Virus record (IMG/VR): IMGVR_UViG_3300045971_000895
Span: 64,001 to 128,000 of that record
DNA: 64,000 nt
Direction: 5' to 3' (one strand)
From: a virus
The position numbers were made by a program, and so were the translations under genes. Positions 61,724 to 64,000 of this stretch are shown one piece after another. Below the pieces are notes generated by a model, which worked only from the letters and a program-made list of their open reading frames with translations, had not been told where the DNA came from and did no database searches. The stretch's first letter is position 1, and every line of letters starts with the position of its first letter.

Positions 61724-63892
61724 ATGGACCTGTATCTCGACCAGACCCCGGAGAAGAAGGAAGAGGGCCACGAGAAGACGTCGGCCTTCGCCGCACGCCT
61801 CTCGGAGTCCGCGGAGAACTGGCCGCAGGAGTTGACGAGCGAGCTCTTCAAGCAGCTCCCGTACCTCTCCGACTACGACCTGAACGTGAACCTCGACCGC
61901 GCCGATCCTACGCGCGGCTTCGCCTTCGGATACGCTGACGTGTCGAGCCGCACCGAGCGCCCTGACATCGAGCACGGCGACATGGGCATCCCACACCTCC
62001 GCATCCCGGTCATCGGGATCGAGCGCCAGGTGAAGCCCTTCTCGGTCTTCCTCGACGGCGACAGCGTCTTCCCGCTGACCGAGGAGCGGGTCCGCGAGAC
62101 CCTCTTCAATCCCTCGACCTTCGACCTCTCGGCGACGGTGCCCCGCGATCCCAGCCTCATCGAGCCGCTCATGCCCCCGCAGCGCTCCAGCATGGGCCAG
62201 GGCGGTGAGACGAAGATGGCGTCGGCGCGAAGCCTGCTGCACGCCATCGCCCCCACCATCTCCGAGCGGGATGCCACAGCCTTCATCGAGAAGGTCGCCA
62301 CCGACGCCACCATCCGTTCCGGCTTCAAGCGTTCCGGCGTGGTTGGGGACCTGGTCGAGATCTTCGACAAGACCAAGCGCGCCTCCGCCAACGACCGCTT
62401 CGCCTACATCGCCGAGCAGATCCAGCCGACGGTGGTCACCCTCCAGAAGCTCCCCGGTGGGGAGTTCCTGGTGAAGCACGCCAACGTCGGGGCGGTGAAT
62501 CCCGTCACCCTGCGCGGCGAAGCCGTGCCGGGCGAGGAGGCCGCCGAGGCCATCGGCCCAGATGCCGCGCAGGCCATGGTGCCTGGGCAGACGGCGACCA
62601 TGACGGCGGAGCCCATCGAGCTCGAGGAAGCCTTCGAGCAGGTGGCGAAGCCCGTCGAGTCCTTCGGCGAGTACAAGGTCATGGACACCATGGAGAACCA
62701 GCTCATGGGCTGGGTCTTCCCCTTCACCCTCGCCTGGGACGGCAACTTCACCAAGCAGCCGCTGGCCCTCTTCACCAACGGCTCCGCCTACGCGCTCCAG
62801 GACTCCATCGTGGGCGACATGGTGGGCAAGAGCACCAACCTGCCGGGCGAGTCCAAGCCGGTGGGTGAGGGCGTTCTCTTCACCACGCAGGGTGGCAACG
62901 CCATCTGCACCCAGCCCATCACCATCCGCTCGGCCATGTCCGGCCCCGACGGCTCCCCGACGCTGGTCGCCCTCGACATGATGGGCCAGCACCTCCAGAT
63001 CTCCTTCACGGACGGCCTCTCCCAACCGCAGCGCATCAGCGATGTGGAGTACGCCTTCCCGAAGACCTGGAACTTCATGCGCCTGAACAACCAGACCCAG
63101 CTCCAGGGCGGTGGCCAGGACATGGGCGAGGACCCGGCGATGCAGGAGGGCCAGGGTGGCCAGAGCGACGGCGCTCCCAAGCCTCCGGCCAAGAAGCCGG
63201 CTGCCGGCAAGCCCGGGGAGAAGAAGCCGGGTGGCGAGAAGAAGCCCGAGAAGAAGGAGGGCAAGCCGGCCGAGAAGAAGGAGAAGCCCACCGTGCAGGT
63301 GAACGTGGGCGAGGCGGCCAAGAAGGAGAAGACCTCTGCTACCCTCTTCTACAACGGCGCCTTCCAGCTGGTGGGCGGCTGCGGCCTCGACAAGCTGGCC
63401 ACGGAGTTCCGCCATGATCTTTCCCCGGTTGATGCTGAATGCATGCTTGGTCTTCTTGGAGTTGATGGCCTCGTCGCGAAGAAGAAGGTCGCGGAAGCAC
63501 GTCGTACTGGCTCTGTGAAGATGGCAGGGCTGAAGACCATCACCACCCTCGGCGAGCGGTACCAGGGCGCCACCAAGACCGCGGCCGCGCTGATGGCCGA
63601 CATCCCGAACCTTCGGGTCGACCTCATCAAGGAGGCGGCGGAGCTTCAGGACCAGAGCTCGGTCAACAACGTGCTGGCCCTGAACTTCATCAACCCGGAG
63701 AACCTGTCGACCTTCATCGACTACATCCCGGAGCTGGCGCAGACCAGCGAGAAGCTCTCCGAGATGCTACTCTTCTCCTACCTCGGCATGAACGAGCTGC
63801 CCGAAGGGCCGATGGAGCGCAGCATCAAGAACATCGAGAACGTCATCTCCGGCCTGAAGAGCGTGGCGGAGACGGGCCCCCGAGAGGACTGA
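61724..63892 (+). CDS. hypothetical virion protein (722 aa) with Lys/Pro/Glu-rich linker
   Basis: GC3 bias. KKPAAGKPGEKKPGGEKKPEKKEGKPAEKKEKP low-complexity segment. Confidence 0.45.
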   Translation: MDLYLDQTPEKKEEGHEKTSAFAARLSESAENWPQELTSELFKQLPYLSDYDLNVNLDRADPTRGFAFGYADVSSRTERPDIEHGDMGIPHLRIPVIGIERQVKPFSVFLDGDSVFPLTEERVRETLFNPSTFDLSATVPRDPSLIEPLMPPQRSSMGQGGETKMASARSLLHAIAPTISERDATAFIEKVATDATIRSGFKRSGVVGDLVEIFDKTKRASANDRFAYIAEQIQPTVVTLQKLPGGEFLVKHANVGAVNPVTLRGEAVPGEEAAEAIGPDAAQAMVPGQTATMTAEPIELEEAFEQVAKPVESFGEYKVMDTMENQLMGWVFPFTLAWDGNFTKQPLALFTNGSAYALQDSIVGDMVGKSTNLPGESKPVGEGVLFTTQGGNAICTQPITIRSAMSGPDGSPTLVALDMMGQHLQISFTDGLSQPQRISDVEYAFPKTWNFMRLNNQTQLQGGGQDMGEDPAMQEGQGGQSDGAPKPPAKKPAAGKPGEKKPGGEKKPEKKEGKPAEKKEKPTVQVNVGEAAKKEKTSATLFYNGAFQLVGGCGLDKLATEFRHDLSPVDAECMLGLLGVDGLVAKKKVAEARRTGSVKMAGLKTITTLGERYQGATKTAAALMADIPNLRVDLIKEAAELQDQSSVNNVLALNFINPENLSTFIDYIPELAQTSEKLSEMLLFSYLGMNELPEGPMERSIKNIENVISGLKSVAETGPRED

Positions 63893-63924
63893 GGACACAT
63901 GCCATCGAAGCACCCCGTGCACTA

Positions 63925-64000
63925 TGGGCGCCGTCACCGCTGAAGCCAGAGAGAACGCTCGGCAGTACACCAAGCGATGGGTGCGTCGGAACAAGCGACG
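63925..64000 (+). CDS. 5' fragment of a further + strand gene (truncated by the window edge)
   Basis: ATG at 63925; the reading frame stays open to the window end. Confidence 0.2.

Noticed and set aside
1-64000. CRISPR array, integrase/att sites, IS elements.
   Set aside because: No short direct repeats with regular spacers, no tyrosine- or serine-recombinase motifs, and no transposase-like ORFs. The only mobile element recognised is the HNH cassette.

Overview
The window looks like part of a large virulent dsDNA phage genome (about 63-66% GC, no integrase, no tRNA or CRISPR seen). Genes are tightly packed and translationally coupled, with many ATGA/GTGA/TGATG start-stop overlaps. The ORF track also contains many long alternate-frame ORFs, which I treat as GC-driven artefacts.

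Layout:
- 1-20.8 kb (+): virion and tail module with five giant proteins (716-1499 aa), one carrying a C-terminal Hint (intein-like) domain.
- 20.8-23.7 kb (+): putative lysis and membrane proteins, a C39-like cysteine peptidase and a ribbon-helix-helix regulator, ending at a hairpin terminator where the strand switches.
- 23.9-45.9 kb (-): replication, recombination and nucleotide-metabolism module (family-A DNA polymerase, DnaG-like primase, DnaB-like helicase, SF2 helicase, RecA-like recombinase, RusA, Cas4-like nuclease, Hjc-like nuclease, family-4 UDG, T4-type dNMP kinase, nucleoside 2-deoxyribosyltransferase-like protein, ParB/DGQHR protein, HU, a DUF1931/HBb-like singlet histone, and many Cys-rich mini-proteins).
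- 46.0-52.6 kb (+): unknown virion-like proteins, a free-standing HNH homing endonuclease flanked by a recoded duplicate of its host gene's 3' end, and a portal-like protein.
- 52.6-54.0 kb (-): small genes.
- 54.3-64 kb (+): a 2103-aa single polypeptide fusing the beta and beta-prime cores of a multisubunit RNA polymerase, followed by a gpV/VgrG-like baseplate spike and another large protein.

Most notable: the fused beta-beta-prime RNAP, the phage-encoded histone plus HU, the HNH cassette with a recoded target duplication, the Hint-terminated fibre, a ~45-aa module shared by three giant proteins, and a frame switch with no start codon at position ~940.
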